A stretch of DNA of 64,000 nt, taken from positions 6,140,001-6,204,000 of the forward strand of contig CM075996.1 in the NCBI GenBank assembly GCA_038087875.1, in the 5' to 3' direction. Shown here in pieces: positions 13,685 to 26,480 of this stretch; within the stretch, counting starts at the first letter, position 1; each line of letters opens with the position of its first letter. The translations under genes were made by a program, and so were the position numbers. Below the pieces are notes generated by a model. The model had not been told where the DNA came from and did no database searches. It saw only the letters and a list, made by a program, of their open reading frames with translations. The stretch comes from Malacoraja senta. Lineage: Eukaryota.

Positions 13685-14734
13685 CCCTTTTCCCTGGATA
13701 TGCTCCCCCAGGCCAAGTCATTGAAGGGCACGGCATTTCCTTCCATTGCTACACAGACGATACACAACTCTATCTCCCCCTGAAGCCCCAAAACCAATCA
13801 AATCTGCTTAACCTTATCCGCTGCCTCGAGGATATAAAGTGTTGGATGGCCCAGAACTTCCTTCAACTAAACGAGAATAAGTCTGAGGTCATCCTTCTCG
13901 GCCCCTCGGACACAATCAAAATGATAGCAGGCAGCCTTGGAAGCCTTACCCCACTACTCAAACCTCACGTCAAAAACCTTGGCGTGATATTTGACTCAGC
14001 ATTGAAATTTGACAAACAAGTCAATGCCGTGGTAAAAGCTAGCTTCTTTCAGCTTCGGACGATAGCTAAAATAAAACAATTCCTCCAGTTTGATGACCTC
14101 GAAAAGATCATCCACACATTTATCTCCTCCTGCCTAGATTACTGCAACTCCCTCTTCACTGGCATCAGCCAATCTTCCCTGTCCCGCCTGCAACTGGTCC
14201 AAAATGCCGCGGCGAGACTCCTGACGGGCACCCGAAAAAGGGACCACATCACCCCGATCCTGGCCTCTCTCCACTGGCTCCCTGTGCGGTTCCGTATAAA
14301 CTTCAAGATCCTCCTTTATGTCTACAAAGCCCTCAATGGGCTTGCCCCCACCTACATCAAAAGTCTGCTTACCCACCACACCACCTCCTGGTCCCTCAGA
14401 TCGGCCGACTTAGGATTACTGAACATCCCGCGGTCTAGGCATAAGCTCAGGGGCGACCGCGCCTTTGCGGTTGCAACTCCTAGACTGTGGAACAGCATCC
14501 CTCTTCCCATCAGAACTGCCCCCTCCATCGACTCCTTTAAGTCGAGACCTAAAACTCATCTCTACTCCCAAGCCTTTCTTGACGTCCACAGAGCGAGGGC
14601 TGTATGTATGTAGTGATGTTTGTATTTAATCTATGAACCACTGCTGTATAACGTTAGTACCTCCACCAATGTAAAGCACTTTGGCCAACGAGAGTTGTTT
14701 TTTAAATGTGCTATAGAAATAAAAGTGACTTGAC
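13685..14734 (+). mobile_element. L2-clade LINE 3' fragment (RT C-terminal half) inserted in the Tc1 left TIR
   Basis: ORF 13681-14613 with FHCYTDDTQLY, KNLGVIFD, LDYCNS and LHWLPV motifs; AATAAA and (GACTT)n tail; TTGT duplicated at the junctions. Confidence 0.9.
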
Positions 14735-15324
14735 TTGTAATAGAAAAAAAATCACATGTGGATAAAGTGCACATTGTCAGATTTTAATAAAGGCCATTTT
14801 TATACATTTTGGTTTCACCATATAGAAATTACAGCAGTGTTTATACATAGTCCCCTCCCCCCATTTCAGGGCACCATAATGTTTGGGACACAGCAGTGTC
14901 ATGTAAATTAAAGTAGTAATGTTTAGTACTTTGTTGCATATCCTTTGCGTGCAATGACTGCTTGAAGTCTGTGATTCATGGACATCATCAGTTGCTGGGT
15001 GTCTTCTCTGGTGATGCTCTGCCAGGCCTGCATTACAGCCATCTTTAGCTTATGTTTGTTTTGGATGCTAGTACCCTTCAGTTTTCTCTTTAGCATATAA
15101 AAGGCATGCTCAATTGGGTTCAGGTCGGGCAATTGACTTGACCACTCAAGAATTGACCATTTTTTAGCTTTGAAAAACTCCTTTGTTGCTTTAGCAGTAT
15201 GTTTGGGACCTTTGTCTTGCTGTAGAATGAACCACTGGCCAATACGTTTTGAGGCATTTGTACTTGAGCAGATAGGATGTGTCTATACGCTTCAGAATTC
15301 ATTATGCTACTACCATCAGCAGTT

Positions 15325-15774
15325 ATAGACAATAGGTGCAGGAGTAGGCCATTCGGCCCTTCGAGCCAGCACCGCCATTCACTGTGATAATGGCTGATCA
15401 TCCACATTCAGTACCCCGTTCCTGCCTTCTCACCATATCCCCTGACTCCGCTATCTTTAAGAGCTCTATCTAACTCTCTTGAAAGCATCCAGAGAATTGG
15501 GCTCCACTGCCTTCTGAGGCAGAGAATTCCACAGATTCACAACTCTCTGGGTAAAAAAAATTTCCTCATCTTCGTTCTAAATGGCCTACCACTCATTTTT
15601 AAACTGTGGCCCCTGGTTCTGGACTCCCCCAACATCAGGAACATGTTTCCTGCCTCTAACGTGTCCAATCCCTTAATAATCATATATATAGTAATAAGAT
15701 CCCCTCTCATCCTTCTAAATTCCAGTATATACAAGCCCAGCCGCTCCATTCTATCAACATATGACAGTCCCGCC
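15325..15774 (-). mobile_element. CR1 LINE 3' fragment inserted in the Tc1 transposase
   Basis: LEFRRMRGDLI...ESRTRGHSLK peptide and CR1 3'UTR; the Tc1 sequence resumes on both sides. Confidence 0.88.
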
Positions 15775-17057
15775 AATTGTATCATCAATGAAGATAAGTG
15801 AGCCAGTACCATCAGCAGCCATACATGCCCAGGCCATAACCACCATGTTTCACAGATGAAGTGGTATGCTTTGGATCTTGGGCAGTTCCTTCGCTCCTCC
15901 ATACTTTGCTCTTGCCATCACTCTGATATGTTAATCTTCGTCTCATCTGTCCACAAGACCTTTTTTCCAAAACTGTGGTTGCTCTTTTAAGTACTTCTTG
16001 GCAAACTGTAACCTGGCCATCCTATTTTTGCGGCTAACCAGTAGTTTTCTTGCAGTGTAGCCTCTGTATTTCTGTTCATGAAGTCTTCTGTGGACAGTGG
16101 TCATTGACAAATCCACACCTGACTCCTGGAGAGTGTTTCTGATCTGTCAGACATGTGTTTGGGAATTTTTCTTTGTTATAGATAGAATTCCTCTGTCATC
16201 AGCTGTGGGGGTCTTCCTTGGCCTGCCAGTCCCTTTGCGATTCGTAAGCTCACCAGTGCTCTCTTTCTTCTTTATGATGTTCCAAACAGTTGATTTTGGT
16301 AAGCCTAATGTTTGGCTGATGTCTCTAACAGTTTTATTCTTGTTTCTCAGTCTCATAATGGCTCTTTGACTTTCATTGGCACAACTTTGGTCCTCATGTT
16401 GATAAACAGCAATAAAAGTTTCCAAAGGTGATGGAAAGACTGGAGGAAAGACTAGGTGCTGAGAACTCTCTTATACCTACATTAAGGAGGCAATTAAACA
16501 CACCTGAGCAATTACAAACACCTGTGAAGCCGTGTGTCCCAAACACTATGGTGCCCTGAAATGGGGGGACTATGTATAAACACAGCTGTAATTTCCACAT
16601 GGTGAAACCACAATGTATAAAATTGGCCTTTATTAAAATCTGACAATGTGCACTTTCACCACATGTGATTTTTTTCCATTACAAATCTCAAATTGTGGAG
16701 TACAGAGGCAAACAAATAAATGATGGGTCTTTGTCCCAAACATTATGGAGGGCACTGTACAAAGGCACTTTCTCATCTGAGCATTTGTTAATGACGAGCT
16801 ATGAGAAATGTGATTCTTTTCTGGGCCTGGAGCATCGAGCCAGATGCTGTAAAATCTTTAACATGATGTGCAAGCTATTCCCTCCACACCTTGCCAGTTC
16901 CTCCCAGGCACCTCTTCAGCTTTTGGCCTGGGCTTGGAGTTTTTTTTGTAAATGCTTGAAATCTTCTGCACCGATCCAACTGAATAAAAAGCTAGGATAA
17001 CAACATTTAGTGAGTAATCCGTCTTGTGCCAGTTAAGAGAAATTAACATTGAATGTG

Positions 17058-17603
17058 GATTTCAAATATGTTTGAAACACTACACCTAGAAGAGATAAGA
17101 CTCCTCCTAGCAGGTAAACCAGATCACTTTCACCTGACGTGGTCTGCATTTATAGAATTATTACAAACATAGGGTGCAAAAGTACTTTAAAAAAAATAAA
17201 AAATTGAGGTCGGGTAAGGGGGGATGATAGTTGAAGAGTTGGTATGTCCTATTTACGTAATGCTCAAAAAAATATTTGTTTTTCTTTTTTTTTTTTTTCC
17301 TCTCTCTTTTTCTCTTTTTTTTCCTAGGGCCTATTTCTTAACTCTTTTTCTTTTGTTTTTAATTTCGCTCTTATAGGGTCTTCGTCCTTTTTTGTTGTTA
17401 CATTTTCTACACTTTTCTACACTTTCACTTTTTCCTTCACTTTCTTCTCTCTTTCAATCTTTTCCTTTTCTAGTGTAAAAAAATAAAAAATAAATAAAGG
17501 GAGTACATTAATTGTAAGAAGATACAAATGACGAGTATTAATGTATGTGGTTGTAATGTAATGTACTTCTAATAAATAAAATTTTTAAAAAAATAAAAAT
17601 AAA
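17058..17603 (+). mobile_element. L1/Tx1-like LINE 3' fragment with A-rich tail and 59-bp flanking direct repeats
   Basis: Encodes WISNMFETLHLEEIRLLLAGKPDHFHLTWSAFIELLQT*; T-rich UTR, AATAAA and A tail; near-identical copy at 62672-63221. Confidence 0.75.
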
Positions 17604-19373
17604 AACAACATTTAGTGAGTAATCCGTCTTGTGCCAGTTAAGAGAAATTAACATTGAATGTGCTATGGTGGACAAAAATGCTGGAGAAACTCAGCGGGTG
17701 AGGCAGGCCACATCTATGTACCGAAGGAAATAGGCAACGTTTCGGGTCAAGACCCTTTATGTGCTATGTTCCATTTTCCTAATTTACAGAGCTTCTGGTC
17801 CCACAAATTGCATCAGATATTGAAAAGCTGACAAAAAGCAGCAAAGTACAAGTTGTGTCACACACAATGTACCGGTGAGTTGAGTGGGTATGGTCAGCAA
17901 AGGGTTTAAATGCAGGTTTGCAGCAAAAGTCAGCCATGTCTGCAGGATCACGCAACAAACAAGCTTCAGATTCCAGCTTGTTTTTTTTTTAATCAACTTC
18001 AGCTCTGCTAAAATAAAACATCAAGTCTCTTGTGGGCAAAGTCCATTCAGGTCAAACTGCCTGTGTGTGGATTCGCTATTTATTATATTTCCCACTGATG
18101 AAAGTACTGGATCATAATTTGCTGCATTTGTGCATCAGCTACCCAGCAGGTCAGGCAGCATCTGTGGAAATAGATTGGTATCAGGTAGGCAGCCAGATCA
18201 TAAAGACAGTTGTGGGCACAAAAATCTGCAAATGCTGATTTAGAGGAAAAAAATAATGCTGGAGCGACTCAACTGGTCAGGCAGCATCTCTGGAGAAAAT
18301 GGATAGGTGAACCCTTATTGCGACAATTATGCGTCGCTACATTTTTAGACCTATTCTTCACATAGAAACATAGAAAATAGGTGCAGGAGTAGGCTATTCA
18401 GCCCTTCGCGCCAGCACCGCCATTCAATATGTTCATGGCTGTTCACAACAGCCATTAGATAGTAAGGGCATGAATTAGGCTGATATTTTTAAAATATGTT
18501 TTTCTTTCACTATGCCAGTGTGCCCAGTCACTCCTAAACTGAGTATTCAGTACAGAGTTACATTTGAATACTAGGCTGGTGATGGTGCCTTTCAACTTAG
18601 ATCACCCCAAAGTCATAGTACCTGCAGGAAGAAAACAGTTGATGTTTCAGTTTCATTTTCCACAGATGCCTGACCTGAATGTGTCCAACATTCTCTACTT
18701 TTATTTCAGATTTTCAGCATCTACAAGTTCAGGAAGATAAACTCGATAAGGAATGTTCTTCTTTTGTTCAGCTAGTGAGGATCAACTGTAACTGTAGAGA
18801 CCCTGTGTCTAACTGATCACTGGCCACTCCTTTTTAGATTTTCCTCAACCTGGCGAGTAACACCCTGTCCTCTCTCCCCCACCCACCCTCAGTCTGTTGA
18901 TTTTACAGTCAAATAAGCATCTTATATCACTGGCAAACAGGAGAGCACATTTTCCTTTCAAATAGAGAAATTCTATTTCATATGGGAAAAATTATGACCC
19001 TATTCAGCAAGATCTTATAAACAGCAACATGACAATGACTCAATTATCTGCCTCAGTATGCTGATTGAGGGACAGCCAGGGCACCAGGGAGTATATTCTT
19101 GCATTTTAAACAGTGCCATGGTATTGTTTACATCCACTGGGAAATACAGTAGGGGCCTGATTTAACATCTCAAATATTGTAACTTGCAGACTGCGCATCT
19201 TCAGTATTGCACTTCATGGCCCACCTAGATCTTCATGTTTAAATCTGTGGAATTGGAAGCTACGTAGCTGAGTGTGTGCTGATGCCTATGCTGCGGCTGA
19301 ATGTTAAATGTTTATTTTGCATTACATACTGAATGTTTAGTTTGCTTTACATAGTGTTCCTTTGTTTTTCCAG

Positions 19374-19418
19374 GCTAGTTTATACCGAGGTGGATACAGT
19401 CGTTTCGCTCCCTACTAA
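19374..19418 (+). CDS. RBFOX2: RBFOX2 terminal coding exon: ASLYRGGYSRFAPY* (PY-type NLS)
   Basis: tttttccag acceptor; peptide matches the recalled RBFOX2 C-terminus; TAA at 19416-19418. Confidence 0.95.
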   Translation, partial: ASLYRGGYSRFAPY

Positions 19419-22400
19419 AAGTGATGTGAACTCCTGCAATGGGAACAGCCCCTTCCCAAGGCCTGGTTGTTGCAATATTACAAGTAGTGGAACTTTATAG
19501 CAACTCAACACGAAAAAAAATACACGAGAAAGAGAGGAAATCATTACACAAGAGACCTACTTTTTTATACCTCATTATGTTCTTCTAAACATGTATTTTT
19601 TTTCTTTATGTTTATGCCTTCATTTTTTTTTGTTCCAAAGATTGTGCAGACAGTTTTTAACTGTGGTATAAAAGTGCATTTCTTTGTGTGTGTAGTGACA
19701 TTTATGAAATCAGCCTCATTTGACAAAAGACAGTCAAGAAATTAAAAATATTAGGCACAAAAGCAGTAGTAGAAACCAAAAGTGAAATTGGGTGCTCGTG
19801 GGAATCTGGTCCCAATGGTGTGTGTGTATGGAACAGCAGCGCCAAAGGATTGTGGTTATAAAGAATCTTGATAGGAGAGAGAAAGGCAGACAGATTTGCC
19901 ACTGAATGGGATCAGTCCAAAATGAGGAGGAGAGGTAGGGGAAAGCTGGAAATTACCCAAATGTGAGTTGATGGAAACAGTTTTATGTTGTGCTTTGATT
20001 TTTGTAGTGAGGATAGCAACAGCTTCCATCTATTCATCATTTCCAGAGGTAATCGGCATGTTAATTGTGCCTGTTTGTACCCAACTAAACGGTAGCAACG
20101 AATGAAATACAGGTTGCTATCAAAATGCAAAGTGGCTGCAACGTTAACTTTTTGTCCATTTTTATAATTTGTTTAAGACTCTTAAGACCACACATGCCAC
20201 CTCGTCCTACTCTCCTCCCACTGGTATGTAAATTTATCTGAACAAATTTGTTTTTAAAATTATCTAGACTGAATGCATTAGGATCCCAGCAAATTCCAAA
20301 TGGAGGTTTTATTGGAACCTCCTGGTGTAAATGGGGCAGGTTTACACTGCACTGTCAGGTAGCACCATTGAGTAAAGTGATACAATCCAGAAGTGTTGGC
20401 ACTAAATATATGCATGTTTTAATTGCATCAGGTTAATTGAATTGTATTACCCAATTTTTTTTTTTTTTTTAAATGTGACCGAGGATATTGCTCAGACTGG
20501 CTGACACTTTTGCATTCAGCAGAATTACATGCAAATTTAATGCAGTTTCTAAATCAAACTTTCTGTTAACTCTAATCGTCATCATTGGATTTTGGCTGCT
20601 TTGTGATCTTTGTTTCATTTACCTCCGTCTTCGGTGAGTACCTAAACGAGCAGGGAGATGCTGCACAGAAAATGGTCATCTGGCGAAAGACGACTCCAGC
20701 TCTACCTCTGCTTGGGAGGTGCGAGCTGGAAGGAGCGATGTGAATAGGCTGGGGATTGAGAGCTTGCAGCAGCAAAAGTGTGGAAGGATGGTCAGCCACA
20801 CAGTAGTATCATGTAAAAAGAGGTATGAATTCCACAAAATGTCAGCTGGCATTTCACAGGAATTCGTGTTGTTATTTCAGATGTTAAACTTTTTTAAGAA
20901 GTTAGCTGAGCAAATGTGTGAGGGTTAGTCACTGAGGCTGCAGGTCAGATTGATTTATTGTGTACATCTGGGGCTGGCTTGGACCGATCCATTCTGCTCC
21001 GATGTTCCTGGGGCTTTGCTGTCTGTTTGAGAACCCTGTTATATCTCCACACTGGGAGATCTGGGTTGAAGGAAGTATACTTCCACAGTTCAGACAGCAC
21101 AGTTGTTGCCAGAGCTTCTGATCATGCAGTATCCCCCCAACACAGTGTACACTGCACCGGCTTAGTAAGCTATTTAAAGAAAATCAATCTTTGTTAAAAG
21201 AAAAAGGGACACTAGTCGTAGAGACCACACTGCCGCCCTTAAATTATGATTTTTTTTGCAAGCCAAAGCATGGTTTGTCGCTGTATGACAATTATGTTTT
21301 TTGTATATAAAATATTTTAGTTGTCGTTATAATGGGGAAACATTCACAGAAAAGTCTCATCACAGAGGAAGGAAATTAAAATGGGAATGTGGTGTGGTGC
21401 TTGACAGCATCTCCTGATAGTGCTCCAGTTAGTTTAGTTGCGCATATAAAAGAATAGAAAGAAAACCTAGAAATCACAGATGGCTTGTATTAATGGGAGT
21501 TGCTATTCTGTGTCACACCAGATTCAATAATCGCTTTCATTCCTATGACTACAAATCATATTCTTTTACTTAGGTTAACTTTTATATTATAACCAGTGAA
21601 CATGTTAGTAAGTTAGTACTGCAGCTGCACTCTATTGACTACCAAGTAACCCAAGGGTATTGTTCTCTATCCTTGTCTTTGTTTTGTAAAAGCCTCAGAA
21701 CAGTTGTAGAATAGGCAGAATGTTTGGAGGGAACAATTTCTGAGTTAGAGTAAATGTTTTTTTAATCCTCTTTTTATTTGTCAAAAAGACCTCCTTGCTT
21801 CTAGCAGGAATTGGCCATGTCCAGTCAACAGCTTGTCGCATGGTAAAAGTCCAACAGCCCGTCCATCAGATCAGCTTCTATGGGACAGACCCGTTTTATT
21901 TGTTTTGTGTTGTGCATGCGTGTGCGTGTGTGTGTGTGTGGGTTTTTTTTTGGACGGGACCCATGGCTGTATCCCGACTGGAATAGGAAACCCTTGGTTG
22001 TTAGCAGTAGGAGTCATTATCACAGCGGCATGGCTGACGCAGATACTTGAACCATTTAATCATTTCAGCCTTTTTGTAAACATTTATTTCTTTCCATTTA
22101 CTTCTAATACAGTTCACCCGACACAATCACAATCCCTTTTCCCCACCAACACCACCATCCTCCTGCCCCCCCCCCCCCCCCCCCCCCCCAGGTAAACAAG
22201 GATAGGCTTCATCTTCCGCAGCTGGAAGGCTGTATGAACCATGAAAGAGAAGAGAACTCGCTCTCCGAGCTCCGACCAGAGATGAGCGGTGGGATGGGGG
22301 TCTGGAAGTTGTGCTGTGGTGCAGGCGTGGGAAAGGGAATAAAATAGGAGAAAACACTAAACAGAACTTTCTAAAAAAAAAAAAACATGCGCAGGTGGTA

Positions 22401-22700
22401 TTTAATCTTGCTAGAAAGCTAGCATCAACACTGTCCTGACCCTGATCCACCTTGTTTGTGAACGTTTCCCTGGAAGGTATGGTATATCGTATAGTAGCTT
22501 CATCACCGAGCAGTATTCATTGGGTTATAATTAGATATAATCATGAATGTTAAGTAGATAGGACATGGATTATTATTCCTTTTGTATTACTTCCCATGTA
22601 TAAATTATTGATCTTGTTGCTGGCTTTTATAAACTCGAAGGAGGGCACACCCTTCCCAACAGTAATAAAGCACTGTTTTTAAAATAAAACAAAAATGGTG
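19419..22700 (+). other. RBFOX2: RBFOX2 long 3'UTR with probable poly(A) signals AATAAA at 22664 and 22683
   Basis: About 3.3 kb, AU-rich, no recognisable transposon; two AATAAA followed by GT-rich sequence; repeats resume near 22990. The end point is inferred. Confidence 0.6.
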
Positions 22701-22987
22701 AGAACACGTTCCGACTCTGCTGTATTTGTGCGTGACATAAGTTGGTGATTGATTTGATCTCATTGGGTTGGAAATGAGTTGTTTCCTGTATAATCATATC
22801 TTCATTCAGCAACGTTGTCTGTGGAACAGGAACTTGTGCTGCAGCCAAGGATTTGTGTGGTGTGATCGGCAGTGGCTTGCTACGTTAAAGATGTACAGCT
22901 TATGCCCAAGCTGCTGCTTATGCAGGTTGTGTGTGTGTGTGCTTGCAGCACTTCACCTCTCTCCATCTAGGCAGCCTTCCTCAGATT

Positions 22988-23435
22988 AGGTGGACAAAAA
23001 TGCTGGAGGAACTCAGCGGGTGAGGCAGCATCTATGGAGAGAAGGAAAAGGCGACGTTTCGGGTCGAGACCCTTCTTCAGACTGATGTCAGGGGGTGGGA
23101 GACAGACTGTGGGAGAGATAGTAGGCGAGGCAGAGACAGAAGGCTGTGGGAGAGCTAGGAAGGGGGAGGGGAAGGAGGGAGAAAGCAAGGACTCTGAAAT
23201 TAGATAAGTCAATGTTCATACCGCTGAGATGTTAACTATAAGCGAAATATGAGGTACTGTTCCTCCAATTTGCACTGGGCCTCACTCTGGCAATGGGGGA
23301 GGCCCAGAATAGAAAGGTCAGATTCGGAATGGGAGGGAAAGTTGAAGTGCTGAGCCACCAGGAGATCAGGTTGGTTAGTGGGAACTGAACGGAGGTGTTG
23401 GGTGAAGCGATCGCCGAGCCTGCGCTTCGTCTCGC
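22988..23435 (-). mobile_element. Penelope-like element 3' end (terminal repeat plus endonuclease C-terminus)
   Basis: Similar to the copies at 29939-30483 and 53005-53893. Confidence 0.75.
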
Positions 23436-23502
23436 TCAGATTAATGATGATTTACTTTCACTTCAGTTCTGGGCTCAGAGACCAAAATGGAATCTACAAA
23501 TT

Positions 23503-23786
23503 GGGTGGCGCAGTGGTAGAGTTGCTGCCTTACAGTGCCAGAGACCCGGGTTCAATCCTGACTATGGGTGCTGTCTGTACGGAGATTGTAGGTTCTCCCT
23601 GTGACAGCATGAGTTTTCCCCGAGTGCTCCGGTTTCCTCCCATATTCCAAAGACGTACAGGTTTGTAGGTTAATCGGCTGCGGTAAAGTTTGTAAGTTCC
23701 TAGTTTAAAGGATAGTGCCCATGTACGGGGCGGACTTGGTGGACCAAAGTACCTGTTTCCGTGCTGTATCTCTAATACTAAACTAA
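23503..23786 (+). mobile_element. tRNA-derived SINE (HE1/V-SINE-like)
   Basis: A/B boxes, core, CTAAACTAA tail. Confidence 0.8.
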
Positions 23787-25619
23787 GATGGGAAAGGTCT
23801 GAAGAAGGGTCTCGACCGGAAACGTCACCCATTCCTTCTCCACAGAGCTGCTGCCTGTCCTGCTGAGTTACTCCAGCAGTTTGTGTTTATCTTGGGACAA
23901 GATATGCTTGGCTGAGTCTGGGTGCAGAGCTGGGCACTTGTTCTGCCATTTATTCTGGGCTGTCGCATAGACTCGAGGTTCTCAGTGCTATCCTGACAGC
24001 TACTTCTCCATTTTGAGTGGTTATGAGCTGGTGATACCAAGGAGGAGGAAGGGGATTACATTTTTTTCCAGGTGTCCGGAAAACATCATCGAATATCCTA
24101 TCCGTCCGATGATTCTGAATTCTGTTACAAGAAGAAGTGATTGAGTGTCTTGTTTTGAAATCTGGTGTCAAGCATGCAAATGGCATGGCTGCAATGGCTG
24201 AGGTGACAGAGTGTAATTAGGTCCACAAACTTGTATTTACCTGAATCCTCATAACACCCACCAACACCAGGAGTAATTTACGGAAGTCAAATCAACCTAC
24301 CAATATCTTTACTTTATAAAAACAAACTGCAGCATGTTGTGACAATCCAGGCAGTCACGAGGAGAATGTGAAAAACCCTTACTGAGAGCATCCAAGATAA
24401 GGATCAAGCCATCTCCCTAGAGCTATGAGGCAGTAGTGCTAACTAAGCACCTCTTTAACAATGTACAAAATCGTAACAGGAATAGATCGAGTAAACGCAC
24501 AGTCTTTTTCCCAGGTAATTGAGAACCAAGGTTTCAGGTGAGAGGGGAAAAATTTAATAGGACACTGATGGGAGATCTGGGTTGAAGGAAGTATACTTCC
24601 ACAGTGCTGACAGCACAGTTGTTGCCAGATTCTGATAGTGGAGCGATCTATGGTCACACAAATTAAGACTAGGCTAATAAATGGCAAGTAACATGCACAT
24701 CACCCTCGCCCAAGAAATGACCATCTCCACTAAGAATATGCCTGAGCACCTCCCCTGACATTCTTGTGAGAGGTGATGGATTCCGGTGAACTGGGTGATC
24801 GCTGGACAGCACGTACTTGGTGGGCCGCGGGGCCTGTTTTTGCGCTGTATCACTAAAATCATTGCATTGTGAATTTAGCATAGTGTATTGTACAGGTAAA
24901 GTTTGAAAGGTGGAAAATAATTTGTTTATCAATTGTAAACAAGGTGTGAAGCGGCGGTTAAGGAGCAGTACGGAGTGATCCAGGTTCTGGGTTCTGGCAG
25001 CCTTGCTGCTTTTAAGCAGTCTAGCTAATTTTCTCACACTGCCAATCTTGTGAGAGGTAATGGATTCCAGTGAAGCAGCCAGAGGTACTTGGACAGTGTT
25101 TGTAAATAGGTGGAGCTAAAATATTTATAATTAAATACAGAATAAATGTTTGGAGTTGCTTGGAGAAATAGCTGCTTCTTGGAACAAGATAAACTGGAGG
25201 AGAAAAAAAATTGGAAATTATAGATGTAACATTCAGGCTGTAAGAATATTAGGCAGAATGCTAAAGAGAACTAGAAATGTCAGGAATACTCGGCAGGTCA
25301 GGCAGAATCTGCCAATCTACCTCTCCTTGACTGGATTCACTTGTCACTTGCTAGTTCTTGCCCCACCCTTTTCTACAAGCATTTTCCCCTCCACTCCTTC
25401 AAGCTGAAAAAGAGTTCCATCCTGAAACATTGTCTGTCCATTTCCCTCCACCGATGCTTCTTGTCCGTCCTGATTTCTGCCAGCAGTTTGTCAAAAAAGA
25501 CACAAAGTGCTGGAGTAACTCAGCAGGTCAGGCAGCAGCTCTGGAGAACATGGCTAAGTGGGATTTTGGGTCGGGTCCCTTCATTTAAGCTACTGTTGTT
25601 CCTAAATTAACATTTTGCC

Positions 25620-26480
25620 CTACCACGGGGCTGCCTCCTGCACCCATGCAGAACTCGTTGATTTCATTAGCTTCCCCGCTAACTTCCACACTACCCTCAA
25701 ATTCATCTGGCCTACCTCCAACACCTCTCTCCCCTTTCTTGATCTCTCTTGTCTCCATCACAGGGGACGGACTATTGACTGACGTCTAGTACAAACCTAC
25801 CAACTCCCAGTTATCTGGACTACACTTCCTTCCATCCTGCTTCTTGCTAAGATACTATCCCCTACTCCTAATTCCTGTCCCAATCACATCTGCTCCCAAC
25901 ATGAGGCTTTTCATTCAACGATATCCGAGATGTCCTCATTCTTTAGTAAACATGGTTTCCCCCCGGCTGTCATGTGTGGCTCCCTCACCCGTGTCCCATA
26001 TCTGAGGAAGGATGTGCTGTCTCTGGTGAGGAGAGGAGGTTTACGGGAATGATCCCAGGAATGAGTGGGTTATCATATGAGCATTTGACGGCACTGGGCC
26101 TCTACTTGCTGGAGTTTAGAATGGGGGGACTCATTGAAACTCATCAAATAGTGAAAAGCCTGGAGAGGGTGGATGTTTAATGTTTCCATTAGGGGGAGAG
26201 TCTAGGACCAGAGGTCACAGCCTCAGAATAAAAGGACGTTCCTTTAGGAAGGAGATGAGGAGGAATGTCTTTAGTCAGAGAGCAGTGAGCCTGTGGAATT
26301 ATTTGTCACAGAAGGCAGTGGAGGCCAAGTCAGTGGATATTTTTAAGGCAGAGATAGATTCTTGATTAGTATGGGTGGCAGGAGTTATGGGGCAAAGGCA
26401 GGAGAATGGTGTTAGGAGGGAGAGATGATCAGCGGAGTAGACTTGATGGCCTAATTCTGCTACGTCTTATTAACTTATGA
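25620..26480 (+). mobile_element. Decayed Penelope-like RT fragment followed by a CR1 3' fragment
   Basis: Degenerate FHxxLKFT / LPFLD / YKPT / YLDY motifs in 25640-25990; CR1 ESRTRGHSLRIKG and 3'UTR in 26000-26480. Confidence 0.65.

Larger units (their letters stand above)
13608..16757 (-). mobile_element. Tc1/mariner DNA transposon (DD34E), decayed, with two nested LINE insertions
   Basis: TA|CAGTGCCC...GGGCACTG|TA ends, long TIRs; minus-strand transposase fragments (HTH, GRPRK, QQD-34aa-E in PDLNPIE, GYATKY); about 1.64 kb once the inserts are removed. Confidence 0.93.
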
